DNA of 61,695 nucleotides, counting the filler, from Basidiobolus meristosporus CBS 931.73 (taxonomy: Eukaryota > Fungi > Basidiobolomycota), in the NCBI GenBank assembly GCA_002104905.1. It is 4 parts of 4 records of this genome, joined end to end, with 100 filler letters (N's around TTAATTAATTAA, not from the genome) between each part and the next. Parts side by side here need not be neighbours in the genome. Positions count along the whole stretch, not along the records: positions 13,019 to 31,771 come from MCFE01001049.1; positions 31,872 to 47,867 come from MCFE01001135.1; 2 more parts are not named here. One strand, written 5' to 3'. The notes under the pieces were generated by a model. It worked only from the letters and a program-made list of their open reading frames with translations. It was not told the DNA's origin and searched no databases. Made by a program: the position numbers and the translations under genes. Below, piece after piece: positions 22,860 through 37,500 of the stretch (position 1 is the stretch's first letter; the number at the start of each line of letters is the position of its first letter).

Positions 22860-25800
22860 AGTTGGGATCTATAACCTAGGTAATGGTGAAGAAAGTTGAG
22901 ATCTAGAACCTGGGTAATAGAGATGATATTTGAGATCTAGGATCTGGGCTAAGGTGATGAAAGTAGAGACCTAGGACATGGGTAATGGTTGTGAAAGTTG
23001 AGATCTAGGGCCTGGGTAAGAGTGATGAAAATTGAGATCTAGGCCCTGAATAATAGTGATAAAGTTTGAGATCTATTACCAGGGTAAGTGTGATGAAAAT
23101 TGAGATCTAGGACCTGGACCAAGGTAATCAAAGTTGAGATCTAGGACCTGGGCCCTGGTGATGAATGTTGAAGTTTAGGTCCTGGGCCAAGGTGATGGAA
23201 GTTGAGATCTAGGACCTGGGTCATGGTGATGAAATTTGTGATCTAGGACCTGGGCTAATGTGACAAATGTTGAATTTTAGGTCCTGGGCTAAGGTAATCA
23301 AAGTTGAGATCTAGGACCTGGGTCATGGTGTTGAAAGCTGATATTGAGGACCTGGGCTAAGGTGATGGAAAATGAGATCTAGGACATGGGCCAAGGTGAT
23401 GGAAAATGAGATCTAGGACCTGGGCCAAGGTGATGAAATTAGTGATCTAGGACCTGGGCTAACGTGATGAATGTTGAATTTTAGGTCCTGCGCTAAGGTA
23501 ACCAAAGTTGAGATCTAGGACCTGGGTCATGGTGATGAAATTTGTGATCTAGGACCTGAGCTAATGTGATGAATGTTGAATTTTAGGTCCTGGGCTAAGG
23601 TGATCAAAGTTGAGATCTAGGACCTGGGTCATGGTGATGAAAGTTGAAATCTAGGACCTGGGTCATGGTGATGAATGTTGAAGTTTAGGTCCTGGGCTAA
23701 GGTGAAAATGAGATCTAGGACCTGGACCAAGGTAATGAAAGTTGAAATCTAGGACCTGGGTCATGGTGATGAATGTTGAAGTTTAGGTCCTGGTCTAGGT
23801 GATGAAAGTTGAGATTGAGGACCTGGACCAAGGTACTCAAAGTTGAGATCTAGGACCTGGGTCATGGTGATGAATGTTGTGATCTAGGACCTGGGCTAAG
23901 GTGATGAATGTTGAAGTTTAAGTCCTGGGCCAAGGTGATGAAAGTTGAGATCTAGGATCCGGGTCATGGTGATGAATGTTGAGATCCAGGACCTGGGCCA
24001 AGGTGATGAATGTAGAAGTTTAAGTCCTGGGCTAAGGTGATGAAAGTTTAGATTGAGAACCTGGGCTAAGGTGATGGAAAATGAGATCTAGGACCTGGGC
24101 TCAGGGGATGGAAAATGAGATCTAGGACCTGGGTCATGGTGATGAATGTTGAGATTTAGGACCTGGGCCAAGGTGATGAATGTTGAATTTTAGGTCCTGG
24201 GCCAAGGTGATGAAAGTTGAGATCTAGGACCTGGGTCATGGTGATGAAAGTTGAGATTGAGGACCTGGGCCAAGGTGATGGAAGTTGAGATCTAGGACCT
24301 GGGCTAAGGTATTGGAAAATGAGATCTAGGACCTGGGGCATGGTGATGAATGTTGAGATCTAGGACCTGGGCCAAGGTGATGAATGTTGAAATTTAGGTC
24401 CTGGGCCAAGGTGATGAAAGATGAGATCTAGGACCTGGGCTAAGGTATTGGAGAATGATATCTAGGACCTGGGCCAAGGTGATGAATGTTGAAATTTAGG
24501 TCCTGGGCCAAGGTGATGAAAGATGAGATCTAGGACCTGGGCTAAGGTATTGGAGAATGATATCTAGGACCTGGGCTAAGGTGATGAATGTTGAATTTTA
24601 GGTCCTGGGCTAAGGTGATCAAAGTTGAGATCTAGGACCTGGGTCATGGTGATGAAAGTTGAAATCTAGGACCTGGGTCATGGTGATGAATGTTGAAGTT
24701 TAGGTCCTGGGCTAAGGTGAAAATGAGATCTAGGACCTGGACCAAGGTAATGAAAGTTGAAATCTAGGACCTGGGTCATGGTGATGAATGTTGAAGTTTA
24801 GGTCCTGGTCTAGGTGATGAAAGTTGAGATTGAGGACCTGGACCAAGGTACTCAAAGTTGAGATCTAGGACCTGGGTCATGGTGATGAATGTTGTGATCT
24901 AGGACCTGGGCTAAGGTGATGAATGTTGAAGTTTAAGTCCTGGGCCAAGGTGATGAAAGTTGAGATCTAGGATCCAGGTCATGGTGATGAATGTTGAGAT
25001 CCAGGACCTAGGCCAAGGTGATGAATGTAGAAGTTTAAGTCCTGGGCTAAGGTGATGAAAGTTTAGATTGAGAACCTGGGCTAAGGTGATGGAAAATGAG
25101 ATCTAGGACCTGGGCTCAGGGGATGGAAAATGAGGTCTAGGACCTGGGTCATGGTGATGAATGTTGAGATTTAGGACCTGGGCCAAGGTGATGAATGTTG
25201 AATTTTAGGTCCTGGGCCAAGGTGATGAAAGTTGAGATCTAGGACCTGGGTCATGGTGATGAAAGTTGAGATTGAGGACCTGGGCCAAGGTGATGGAAGT
25301 TGAGATCTAGGACCTGGGCTAAGGTATTGGAAAATGAGATCTAGGACCTGGGGCATGGTGATGAATGTTGAGATCTAGGACCTGGGCCAAGGTGATGAAT
25401 GTTGAAATTTAGGTCCTGGGCCAAGGTGATGAAAGATAAGATCTAGGACCTGGGCTAAGGTATTGGAGAATGATATCTAGGACCTGGGCTAAGGTGATGG
25501 AAAATGAGATCCAGGACCTGGGTCAAGGTGATGAAAGTTGAGATCTAGGACCTGGACCAAGGTAATCAAAGTTGAGATCTAGGACCTGGGTCCTGGTGAT
25601 GAATGTTGAAGTTTAGGTCCTGGGCTAAGGTGATGAAAGTTGAGATTGAGGGCCTGGGCTAAGGTGATGGAAAATGAGATCTAGGATCTGGGCCAAGGTG
25701 ATTAAAGTTGAGATTAAAGACCTGGGACAAGGTGATGGAAGTAGAGATCTAGGACCTGCACTACAGTGATGGAAGTTAAGATTGAGGACCTGGGCCAAGG

Positions 25801-28800
25801 TGATGGAAGTTGAGATCTAGGACCTGGGCAAAGGTGATGGAAAATGAGATCTAGGACCTGGGCCAAGGTGATAAAATTTGTGATCTAGGACCTGGGCTAA
25901 GGTGATGAATGTTGAATTTTAGATCCTGGGCTAAGGTAATCAAAGTTGAGATCTAGGACCTGGGTCATGGTGTTGAAAGCTGATATTGAGGACCTGGGCT
26001 AAGGTGATGGAAAATGAGATCTAGGACATGGGCCAAGGTGATGGAAAATGAGATCTAGGACCTGGGCCAAGGTGATGAAATTAGTGATCTAGGACCTGGG
26101 CTAACGTGATGAATGTTGAATTTTAGGTCCTGCGCTAAGGTAACCAAAGTTGAGATCTAGGACCTGGGTCATGGTGATGAAATTTGTGATCTAGGACCTG
26201 AGCTAATGTGATGAATGTTGAATTTTAGGTCCTGGGCTAAGGTGATCAAAGTTGAGATCTAGGACCTGGGTCATGGTGATGAAAGTTGAAATCTAGGACC
26301 TGGGTCATGGTGATGAATGTTGAAGTTTAGGTCCTGGGCTAAGGTGAAAATGAGATCTAGGACCTGGACCAAGGTAATGAAAGTTGAAATCTAGGACCTG
26401 GGTCATGGTGATGAATGTTGAAGTTTAGGTCCTGGGCTAAGGTGAAAATGAGATCTAGGACCTGGACCAAGGTAATGAAAGTTGAAATCTAGGACCTGGG
26501 TCATGGTGATGAATGTTGAAGTTTAGGTCCTGGTCTAGGTGATGAAAGTTGAGATTGAGGACCTGGACCAAGGTACTCAAAGTTGAGATCTAGGACCTGG
26601 GTCATGGTGATGAATGTTGTGATCTAGGACCTGGGCTAAGGTGATGAATGTTGAAGTTTAAGTCCTGGGCCAAGGTGATGAAAGTTGAGATCTAGGATCC
26701 AGGTCATGGTGATGAATGTTGAGATCCAGGACCTGGGCCAAGGTGATGAATGTAGAAGTTTAAGTCCTGGGCTAAGGTGATGAAAGTTTAGATTGAGAAC
26801 CTGGGCTAAGGTGATGGAAAATGAGATCTAGGACCTGGGCGCAGGGGATGGAAAATGAGATCTAGGACCTGGGTCATGGTGATGAATGTGGAAATTTAGG
26901 ACCTGGGCCAAGGTGATGAATGTTGAAGTTTAGGTCCTGGGCCAAGGTGATGAAAGTTAAGATCTAGGACCTGGGCTAAGGTATTGGAAAATGAGATCTA
27001 GGACCTGGGGCATGGTGATGAATGTTGAGATCTAGGACCTGGGCCAAGGTGATGAATGTTGAAATTTAGGTCCTGGGCCAAGGTGATGAAAGTTGAGATC
27101 TAGGACCTGGGTCATGGTGATGAAAGTTGAGATTGAGGACCTGGGCTAAGGTGATGGAAAATGAGATCCAGGACCTGGGTCAAGGTGATGAAAGTTGAGA
27201 TCTAGGACCTGGACCAAGGTAATCAAAGTTGAGATCTAGGACCTGGGTCCTGGTGATGAATGTTGAAGTTTAGGTCCTGGGCTAAGGTGATGAAAGTTGA
27301 GATTGAGGGCCTGGGCTAACGTGATGGAAAATGAGATCTAGGATCTGGGCCAAGGTGATTAAAGTTGAGATTGAGGACCTGGGACAAGGTGATGGAAGTT
27401 GAGATCTAGGACCTGGACTACAGTGATGGAAGTTAAGATTGAGGACCTGGGCCAAGGTGATGGAAAGTGTGATCTAGGACCTGGGCCAAGGTGATGAAAT
27501 TAGTGATCTATGACCTGGGCTAACGTGATGAATGTTGAATTTTAGGTCCTGGGCTAAGGTAATCAAAGTTGAGATCTAGGACCTGGGTCATGGTGACAAA
27601 ATATGTGATCTAGTACCTGGGCTAAGGTGATGAATGTTGAAGTTTAGGTCCTGGGCTAAGGTGATGGAAAATGAGATCTAGGACCTGGGCCATGGTGATG
27701 AAAGTTGATATTGAGGACCTGGGCCAAGGTGATGGAAGTTGAGATCTAGGACCTCGGCTCAGGGGATGGAAAATGAGATCTAGGACCTAGGTCATGGTGA
27801 TGAGTGTCGAGATCTAGGACCTGGGCCAAGGTGATGAATGTTGAAGTTAAGGTCCTGGGCCAAGGTGATGAAAGTTGAGATCTAGGACCCAGGTCATGGT
27901 GATGAAAGTTGACATTGAGGACCTGAGCCAAGGTGATGGAAGTTGAGATCTAAGACATGGGCTAAGGTGATGGAAAATGAGATCTAGGACCTGGGTCATG
28001 GTGATGAATGTTGAGATCTAGGACCTGGGCCAAGGTGATGAAAGTTGAGATCTAGAACCTGGGTCATGGTGATAAAAGTTGAGATTGAGGACCTGGGCCA
28101 AGGTGATGGAAGTTGAGATCTAGGACCTGGGCTAAGGTCATGGAAAATGAGATCTAGGACCTGGGTCATGGTGATGAATGTTGAGATCCAGGACCTTGGC
28201 CAAGGTGATCAATGTTGAAGTTTAGGTCCTGGGCTAAGGTGATGAAAGTTCAGATTGATAACCTGGGCTGAGGTGATGGAAAATGAGATCTAGGACCTGG
28301 GCCAAGGTGATGAAAGTTGAGATCTAGGACCCAGGTTGTGGTGATGAAAGTTGAGATTGAGGACCTGGGCCAAGGTGATGGAAGTTGAGATCTAGGACCC
28401 AGGTCATGGTGATGAAAGTTGAGATTGAGGACCTGTGCCAATGTGATGAATGTTGAGATCCAGGACCTGAGCTAAGGTGATCAATGTTGAAGTTAAGGTC
28501 CTGGGCCAAGGTGATGAATGTTGAAGTTTATGTCCTGGGCTAAGGTGATGAAAGTTTAGATTGAGAACCTGGTCTAAGGTGATGGAAAATGAGATCTAGG
28601 ATCTGGGCCAAGGTGATGAAAGTTGAGATTGAGAACCTGGGCCAAGGTGATGGAAGTTGAGATCTAGGACCTGGACTACGGTGATGGAAGTTAAGATTGA
28701 GGACCTGGGCCAAGGTGATAGAAGTTGAGATCTAGGACCCGGGCCAAGGTGATGGAAAATGAGATCTAGGACCTGGGCCAAGGTGATGAAATTTGCGATC

Positions 28801-30470
28801 TAGGACCTGGGCTAAGGTGATGAATGTTGAATTTTAGGTCCTGGGCTAAGGTAATCAAAGTTGAGATCTAGGACCTGGGTCATGGTGATGAAATTTGTGA
28901 TCTAGGACCTGAGCTAATGTGATGAATGTTGAATTTTAGGTCCTGGGCTAAGGTAATCAAAGTTGAGATCTAGGACCTGGGTCATGGTGATGAAAGTTGA
29001 TATTGAGGATTTGGGCTAAGGTGATGGAAATTGAGATCTAGGACCTGGGCCAAGGTGATGGAAAATGAGATCTAGGACCTGGGCCAAGGTGATGAAATTA
29101 GTGATCTAGGACCTGGGCTAACGTGATGAATGTTAAATTTTAGGTCCTGGGCTAAGGTAATCAAAGTTGAGATCTGGGACCTGGGTCATGGTGATGAAAG
29201 TTGATATTGAGGACCTGGGCCAAGGTGATGGAAGTTGAGATCTAGGACCTGGGCCCAGGGGATGGAAAATGAGATCTAGGACCTAGGTCATGGTGATGAA
29301 TGTTGAGATCTAGGACCTGGTCCAAGGTGATGAATGTTGAAGTTTAGGTCCTGGGCCAAGGTGATGAAAGTTGAGATCTAGGACCCAGGTCATGGTGATG
29401 AAAGTTGACAATGAGGACCTGAGCCAAGGTGATGGAAGTTGAGAACTAGGACCTGGGCTAAGGTGATGGAAAATGAGATCTAGGACCTGGGTCATGGTGA
29501 TGAATGTTGAGATCTAGGACCCGGTTCATGGTGATGAAAGTTGAGATTAAGGACCTGCGCTAAGGTGATGGAAAATGAGATCCAGGACCTGGGCCAAGGT
29601 GATCAAAGTTGAGATCCAGGACCTGGGTCATGGTGATGAAAGTTGACATTGAGGACCTGGGCCAAGGTGATGGAAGTTGAGATCCAGGACCTGCGCTAAG
29701 GTGATGGAAAATGAGATCCAGGACCTAGGCCATGGTGATCACAGTTGAGATCCAGGACCTGGGTCATGGTGATGAAAGTTGAGATTAAGGACCTGGGCCA
29801 AGGTGATGGAAGTTGAGATCTAGGACTTGGGCTAAGGTCATGGAAAATGAGATCTAGGACCTGGGTCATGATGATGAATGTTGAGATCTAGGACCTGGGC
29901 CAAGGTGATGAATGTTGAAGTTAAGGTGCTGGGCTAAGGTGATGAAAGTTTAGATTGAAAACCAGGGCTAAGGTGATGGAAAATAAGATCTAGGACCTGG
30001 GCCAAGGTGATGAATGTTAACATTTAGGATCTGGGCTAAGGTGATCAATGTTGAGTTCTAGGACCAGGGTATTGGTGATGGAAGTTAAGAACTAGAATCT
30101 TAGTATTGGTGATGAAAGCTGAGATTTAGGACCTGGGAGATGATGATGAAAGTTGAGATCTAGAACCAGGTTAAGGTGATCAAAGTTGAGATCTAGGAAC
30201 TGGGTCATGTGATAAAAGCTGGGATCAACAATTTGGTTGAAGGTACTGAATATTGAAAAAAAGGAAAAAGTAAAGTGATTGTCAAGATTCAATACCTACG
30301 TCAAGACAATGATAGGTGGCACTAGGACCTTGGTTAAGGTTATTAAAGCACATATCTAGGACCTGGGTAAAGATTAAAATAGCAAACATCCGGGTCTTGG
30401 TTTAAGGTGACAAAAGCTGAATATCATGACCAATGTCAAAGTGACATCAGTTGAGATATAGTATTTTGAT
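22860..30470 (+). repeat. 34-bp satellite array (~215 monomers) with higher-order repeats
   Basis: Consensus GATCTAGGACCTGGGCTAAGGTGATGAAAGTTGA; diagnostic variant blocks recur at +1015 and +2642 bp; both edges degenerate. Confidence 0.98.
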
Positions 30471-31771
30471 TAGATGATGAAAAGGAATTGCGGTTTCTTC
30501 TGGTAACACATGTTACTGATCTGACAGATAATACTGATATACTGTTAGGCTAATATTTATTGCTAAATATCTTGACTAATGCTAGATCTAATTTAATAAA
30601 ATAGGTGGTAGATTGTACCAAATGTAGCTGCAATTTTTAACAAGACTGACCAAGTGCTGTTAGTTACTCCAAGTAGCAAGTCTGTTGAATAGGGCCTGAA
30701 TTTGCTTTTATGAAGTAAGCTGATAAATAATAAATCATTATGGACCAAATAGGTTTATCATTGGAAATTGCCTCAAATGCAAGCTTTGATCCACCAACAC
30801 TCTATCACTAGCTGTTTACGTTTTGGCTTTAGTCCATGTGACTCATGAAAACACTCAGAAATATGGTTACTTTCAGATGAAAGCAAATTATTGTGTTTAA
30901 ATGGTCAAAATTCTATTACTGCCACAATGAGTGTTTATGTGGATTCTTGATATTGTAAGTGTACAAGACAATTAGTTAAAAATTCAGGAGGTATCATAGC
31001 AACCAAAGAGAGAGCAGGTTTACACATAGATATGTATGTCATTTATGTTGCACATATTATCCTCATTAGATGCTCATAATGAATTGGAAAGATGCTTCAA
31101 CAATTGGATAGCCACCCAAAGATGTGTTCACCATCCAGAAGAAAGATTCATAACTAATCCATCCTGGCTTGCAAGAAACTTCCTACATTTGCCATGGAAG
31201 TCAAAGAGGTATCTGGATATGCAAGAATGCACAAGCAAATGTGAATATAGATCAAGCTATTGCTCATAAGAATGGCAGCCAAGTATATGCACCTCTGCAG
31301 AAGAAATATAGCGTAAAACTATGCCAAGTGCCCCACCATTTATACAAGAGTGTATAGTGGAATTTTATGCTAGTAATTTTAAAGCGCACACTTGATTTCT
31401 AAAACAGAAATAATCATATGATCCTAAATGATTGAAAGGGCAAAGTAAACCAAATGTAGGCCCTACACATACCAATCCTGTGTAAAACTGCTATAAAAAT
31501 TAAACTTTTGAATGACAAAACAATCCAGTGTTTCAATATTGAGAGTATTGATGATATCTATGTAGCAAGTTCCACAAAATCAAAAGTGTACAATTGTTTG
31601 GTGCAGTGCAACTAGCAATATGAAGGGTTTTTTTTGCCATAGATGCCTGCTACTGACATCTGGACTGGACAATCTGATATGTTTATTTGTTAAGTAAATA
31701 TGCCAAAGTAATGCCAGTCACTTATGATTACAATAATAGCTGTTCTGATACACTCATCAGATGAGAGTTAA

Positions 31772-31871
31772 NNNNNNNNNNNNNNNNNNNNNNNNNNNNN
31801 NNNNNNNNNNNNNNNTTAATTAATTAANNNNNNNNNNNNNNNNNNNNNNNNNNNNNNNNNNNNNNNNNNNN
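31772..31871. other. Assembly gap with artificial linker
   Basis: N44-TTAATTAATTAA-N44. Confidence 0.98.
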
Positions 31872-31961
31872 TGATCTTCTTTATGAGATAATAGTAGTCC
31901 AACTATTATCACTATTACTTGAAGAGCTCTTTATATCCAAATTAGTTCTGAGAATACAACA
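31872..31961 (+). mobile_element. 3' end of an LTR related to copia family B
   Basis: CTTTATGA...CAACTATTATCACTATT...TTATATCCAAAT...CAACA parallels 55917-56001. Confidence 0.6.
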
Positions 31962-31994
31962 TCTTCTGTAATGGTGACCAGAAATATTTGATAT

Positions 31995-34500
31995 GGTTTT
32001 ACAAGCTCTGGAGACATTGGAAAGCAATCCAAAAACAGCAAGTTAAGTGATTTCCACTTTAATGGGTTTGCTGAATGTAAAAAGTAGTAACCATACTTTT
32101 GTGTGGTACTGGTAAAGCATGCCTATATAGTATGTTTGAGAAGGCTTCAAGATCATGTGTTTGAGGTTTGAGGCTGATGGACAACTTGACAAAGTTTCAT
32201 GCTCTGTGTACATGATGATAGGTCAAGATTTTTGAGGTAAATTCCTATAGGCAATGTGGTCAAAATTCTTGAAGATTAGTAGGTAATGAACTAAGTTATC
32301 AAGTTAGATGAGTATATAGGATCAGCTAAAAGCTTGATACAATACTCCAGCTCAACTACATACTCAAATTTACAATTCTGGTTGTTATTTGCAATAGGCA
32401 AGCATTTGTAGCCAATGGCTTAATAAATATATTTGCAGTCATTTCATCCGTAGTACAATGAGCTAAATTAACCAAGCTAGTTACTCTGCCTTCATATATG
32501 AAATGATATCCTTGGTTATCTTGATGTAATATAGTAAGTGCTGATTGATGTAAACCTAGGTCTTTCAAAGGCTTCCTTAGCAATATTGTATTTTGTGTAG
32601 CCTCACAGGCTGCCATATATACTACCTCTGTGGTACAGAATGCTACAAGTGGTTGCTTTCTTGGATTCTATGAAATGTCTCCTTATAGTAATGAAAAGTG
32701 TATCCTGTGGTTAATGATCAGTCTTCTGAGTTCTGTGTGCAAAATGCATTAGAGTAACATTTAAGTGTCTGTTTGAATCTTAGTAGGTGTACTTTGAGAG
32801 GATATCATTACTTTGAAATACCAAAGAATCTGGTGAACTGCTGTAATATAATCAGATCCAAATCACTAACTGTGCTGATTGCCAGCTTCCTCTGAATATA
32901 AGATATCTAGACATGTCAAAGCATGCTATACACCAGACTGCTTGCTATGTATTGGTAAGCAAAATGTCAGCTTTCAGATAAGATCAAGTTCTCTTTGTTT
33001 GGTTAAATATTAATCAAGTTGAGGTTTTTCTCCATTTGAATAGCTGCCATTTTGCAGTCTTCCATTTGGATCTTCTTAAGTATAACTTAAATATACTTGA
33101 ACTGTCTTAGGGTGAGATTCTGGGTACTTTGTCTAGGGAGAGCTTTATCCCTGGGTAATAACTGAGCTCTCCTAGGTTGAGCACCTCAAACTCCTTAAAA
33201 AGGCTCAATCTAGTCTGTTCTCATGTTTCTTGGATATTTGATGTCTATAATAAAACCCTACACATATAAGACTTGTTTCATTGAATAGTGCCATATTGAA
33301 CCATGAGTGTCAAATATTAGCATTGTATGTTAGAGATGCATAGCAGATCTGGACTTGGCCGCACAGTGTGAAACATATTTCTTCCTCTTCATGCAAAGCA
33401 GCACCTGTTTTTCACCCATTGTGCTTTTGAAAATCTATTTTTGAGCTTTTTTTTTGGAATCAATGTTGTTCATGGTGAGTAAGAGTGCAGAGCAACAAAA
33501 GACATGCATATGGTACTCAATACCCATAGCATTCTAAATCTAGCTCATGAGGTTTGTAACATGTTGCAAAAATGCATGGCACTATCTGGCACTACATATA
33601 ATACTAGCCCAGAATTAAAACCTAGGCCAACAACTTTTAATGCCAGATAGTACCAGTGATGTTAAAGTTTCTCCAACACAAAGACCTTTTTTTAATCATC
33701 TAAACCAATTAAAAGCTCTTTCAGACAAACCACCTGTTGATTTTGTTGCACATGATTTATTAACATATTCAGGATTTGAAAGCAAAATTCTACACTTTTG
33801 TCCTAGACCACATTTTACAAGCCTCAGGAGCTAGATACATAGTGCCTTGGGTATTGCATACCAGATGCATGTCTTTAGTCCTTCTTTGCTTTTACACATA
33901 ACCACATAAGAACTCACTAAGCTTGCAGACCAATTGGAGGTTATCCTGGTGCTCATACCCATCAAGCTGGTCCATGTACATATCCTGATCAGGTTCCTCA
34001 TTGAGTATGCAGCCTTTAAGACCATATGAGATGTGAAAACCATATATATGGCTGCACTTGCCTATTGTGGTCTGGTTGAATTAATTAGGCCAACTGGGCA
34101 AAGGTTTCATTGTAGCCCAGTACTTTCATTTGAAAGTATTCTTTTGCATTAAGTCTTGCTTTGTATGCTTGAATTGTATCACCAGCCTTATATTGAACAC
34201 CAACCTATGTCCAAATGATCTTTGGTTCATTGGTAATTTGGCCAAGTCCCATGTTTGAATTTACAACAGGCCTTGTAATTCTTCAGTCAAAGAGTTTTTC
34301 CAAAACTTTGTCTGAGGACTGTTTAGAGCCTATTTTACCTTCTGGAGCTGATCAATAGGACTGAATAGGCATAGGCCAAGCTTGCACTTTTGTTGACATA
34401 GTGATAGTCACTACTTGTTTGAAGGTAATAGCGTGAATTTCCTTTACTACTTCTGAGGTTTACTCAGATGGTTCCAAATCCAGCTGGATCAAATGTTCTA
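31995..34500 (-). mobile_element. Old copia relic (LTR-like end, RNase H and RT remnants)
   Basis: MAACEAT and CTTDEMTANIFIKPLA fragments; LTR-like ~32000-32325 resembles family A; heavily decayed. Confidence 0.8.
33269..33900. mobile_element. Second, degenerate copy of the foldback element
   Basis: Starts AGACTTGTTTCATTGAATAGTGCC and follows the left arm of 20489; partial right arm with an extra ~160-bp segment; also inserted in copia RT. Confidence 0.8.
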
Positions 34501-34502
34501 AA

Positions 34503-37500
34503 TGTTGTAAAATTCGTAATTGCACCTGATTATGCAACTAGCTTAGTCACTTAGATCATTACCTTCAAATCCTAGGGAATACTGGCCAAATTTCTTGGGG
34601 GAGTTACTTAAAATTTTTTCACCAAAATATCAGGTACCCAGAACATGTAAATTCTTGATGTTGTTCAAATAGCCCCCAACTTTACACACATGTTCTTGGG
34701 ACCTTACTAAGCCTATTCCATGTGAATTTATGTCTAAACCATGTGAAAGTATAAATACTACTTCTACATTCATTAAATCATTAAGTGAAAACCACATAAT
34801 CTACTTGTCCTCCCAATCACTTACAACATCTCCAAGACTCTTGCTACAGGCTATGAGCCCCAAACTGTCACTCTCTGCAATGTCCACCATTGCTATTACT
34901 GGAACTTTTCCCTCTACTGAAAAATTGGATGGATTTCACTATCAAGTGTGGAAGGTGAAGATGATGATGCTGCTACAAGAAAGCAACATTTGGAATATTG
35001 CCATGGGAGAAGAATGCCCCCCTCAATATGTGGCAGAGGAGTCCTTAAAGTAGCAAAAGAAAGAACAAAGTGCCTTCAACTGTATCTGCCTTAATTTCCA
35101 AGACAAATTGCTAATTCAATGCTCAAGATCAAAAATGGCCAGGAATGCTAGAAAGGCATTTGAAGACACCTACCAGTCATTTCAGCTGCCAAGAATATGT
35201 ACCTTTGACAAAAATTCTTTACTACAAAGATGCAGCAAGGAGAAGAAATGAAAAGTCTAATTAACAGAATTACCTGCTGGTGGATGAGATGGAATCTGTG
35301 GGTGTACCAACTACTGATGAGGATGTGATGGTCACCATGCCAAATAGCTTGACAGAAAAGTTTGGCGCTTTGTAAAAGCTCTAGATCCAGATATGAAAAT
35401 TTAGCCTTGAATTATTTATATGGAAGGCTCCTGAATGCAGAATTAAAAAAATCCAACACCAATAAGAAGGAAGAGGACAAAGCTTTAACAAACAATAATA
35501 ACCAACAAACAAGATAGCCAATACCTAATGAAGGCAAAAGCAGCCTGCTTTACAAATACTGCAATAGGAAATGAGATACATTGGAATGGTTCTTCCAATA
35601 GTGAGATAGTCAGCAGAAAAAGCCTAAATATGGAAATGGTGCAACAACTGAAGATAGACTATTCATATCTGCACTAAATATGACCACAAACAAGGATTCT
35701 CAGATGGGGTATATAGACTCTAGTGCATTTCAACACCTTACATACCCAAAAGAACTTTTGACCCATTATCAAGAAATCCCAATTAAAAAAGTTTTATGGG
35801 TGGCAACAGAGCACTTGATACAGTGGGAGAAGGAACCATCCAAGTAAACCTTAGAAGCAGTGAAGTAAGTCATACACAGACCTTTAGGGAGGTACTCTAT
35901 GTGCCAGAAATAGCCAATAACCTACTATCTGTAAGTAAGGCCATAGCAGAAGGTCTCAGCTTCAGCTCTTACAATTCTGGATGCAGGATCACAGATCAGA
36001 ATGGTGCCCATATTGCTTTGGGCATCAGAGATCAGAATCTATACAAGTTGACTAGTATTCCATCATATCTGGAAGCCAATATGAGTACCTTAAATGAAGA
36101 AACACCAATGCTTTTGGTACAGGAGATATGGGCATATCAACTTTTATTATGTGCACAAAATGATCAAAGATCAGCTAATTTCCAGAGTAAAAGTTGATCC
36201 CCCACCTAATTTAGAGCACTATGAAGCCTGCATATATGGGAAACAAGCCAGAAAACTGTTCAAGAGATCTAGGTTAATCATATCTAAGAAAAATTAGATC
36301 TGATTCACTCAGATCTGTGTGGACCTATGCAAAATGTATCCTTAGGCAGAATGAAGTATTTAATCACTTTTATAGATGATTATACAAGATACATGTGGGT
36401 CTACTTTGTGAAGAGAAAGGAAGAAGCTCTGTCTAAGTTCAGGGAGTGTAAAGCCATAGTGGAGAGAGACACTGGTGAAAAGATCCAGACAATATACTCT
36501 AATAATGGTGGAGCATATAGCTCAAAGCTCTTCATTCACTTCTGCAAAATTCTGGGAATAGAGCAAGAAACTTCTGAACCATACTTCCAACTGCAAAATG
36601 GAGTGGCAGAGTATGCAAATGGATCAATGATTGATGTGGCAAGATTTACAATCCATGATCAAAAATTGTCCTCTAATTTTTGAGCAGAATCAGTGGCACA
36701 CCTGTATACCTTTACAGAACACTTTGTGAATCTACTCCATTTGAAGCATAAAATGGATACAGACCAAGTGCAGAGCATCCAAGAATACTTGGGTGTACAG
36801 CATATGGCATGACACTGCCTGGAAATCAGTCAATATTTGAGCCAAAATTTGTAAAATACATATTTTTGGGCTACTGCATTGAGAGTAAAGCATACAGACT
36901 CTACAATACCAAAGCAAAGAAGCTAATCAAGTCCAGGGATGTGTTGTTTGATGAAAATTCAAACTTTTACAAAAAATGATATCACAAGATGACCAAAATT
37001 TGATCTCAAGTCCACCAATAGTCAGCATTGAATCAGAGCAAAACAATGGGAACTTTCTTACTCCAGGGGACTCTACTGCCATGGTTCAGCCTGAATCAGT
37101 TCCCTGGAATATCCCAGAAGTGATCATTCCAGTATACAATGCCAGGAGATCTAACTGGACCCAAAATAGCACATATTACTATATTAATAGGGGTACTGAC
37201 TTAGCCTGTGCCTATTCAGCCATATTGATGAGCCCTGGACTGTAAAAGAGGCCCTAAATAGTCCTCAGACAAAGTTTTGGAGATTTTTAATGGCTGAGGA
37301 ATATCAGGCCCTAATGGAAAATCAAATATTGGACTTAGTCAATTACCAATCAACCAAAAATCCATTGGATGCAGATGGGTCTTCAAGACAAAATACAAGG
37401 CTGATGGTTCAATTGGAAGAAACAAAGCAAGACTTGAGGCCAAAGGATATTCTCAAACAACATGACTTGACTATACTGAGACCTTTGCACTGGTAGCCAA

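Noticed and set aside
22860-30470. CRISPR-like array or repeat-protein gene
   Set aside because: No unique spacers, only variants of one 34-bp monomer; no cas genes; eukaryotic context; period is not a multiple of 3 and the 60-aa ORFs are short by-products between frequent stops
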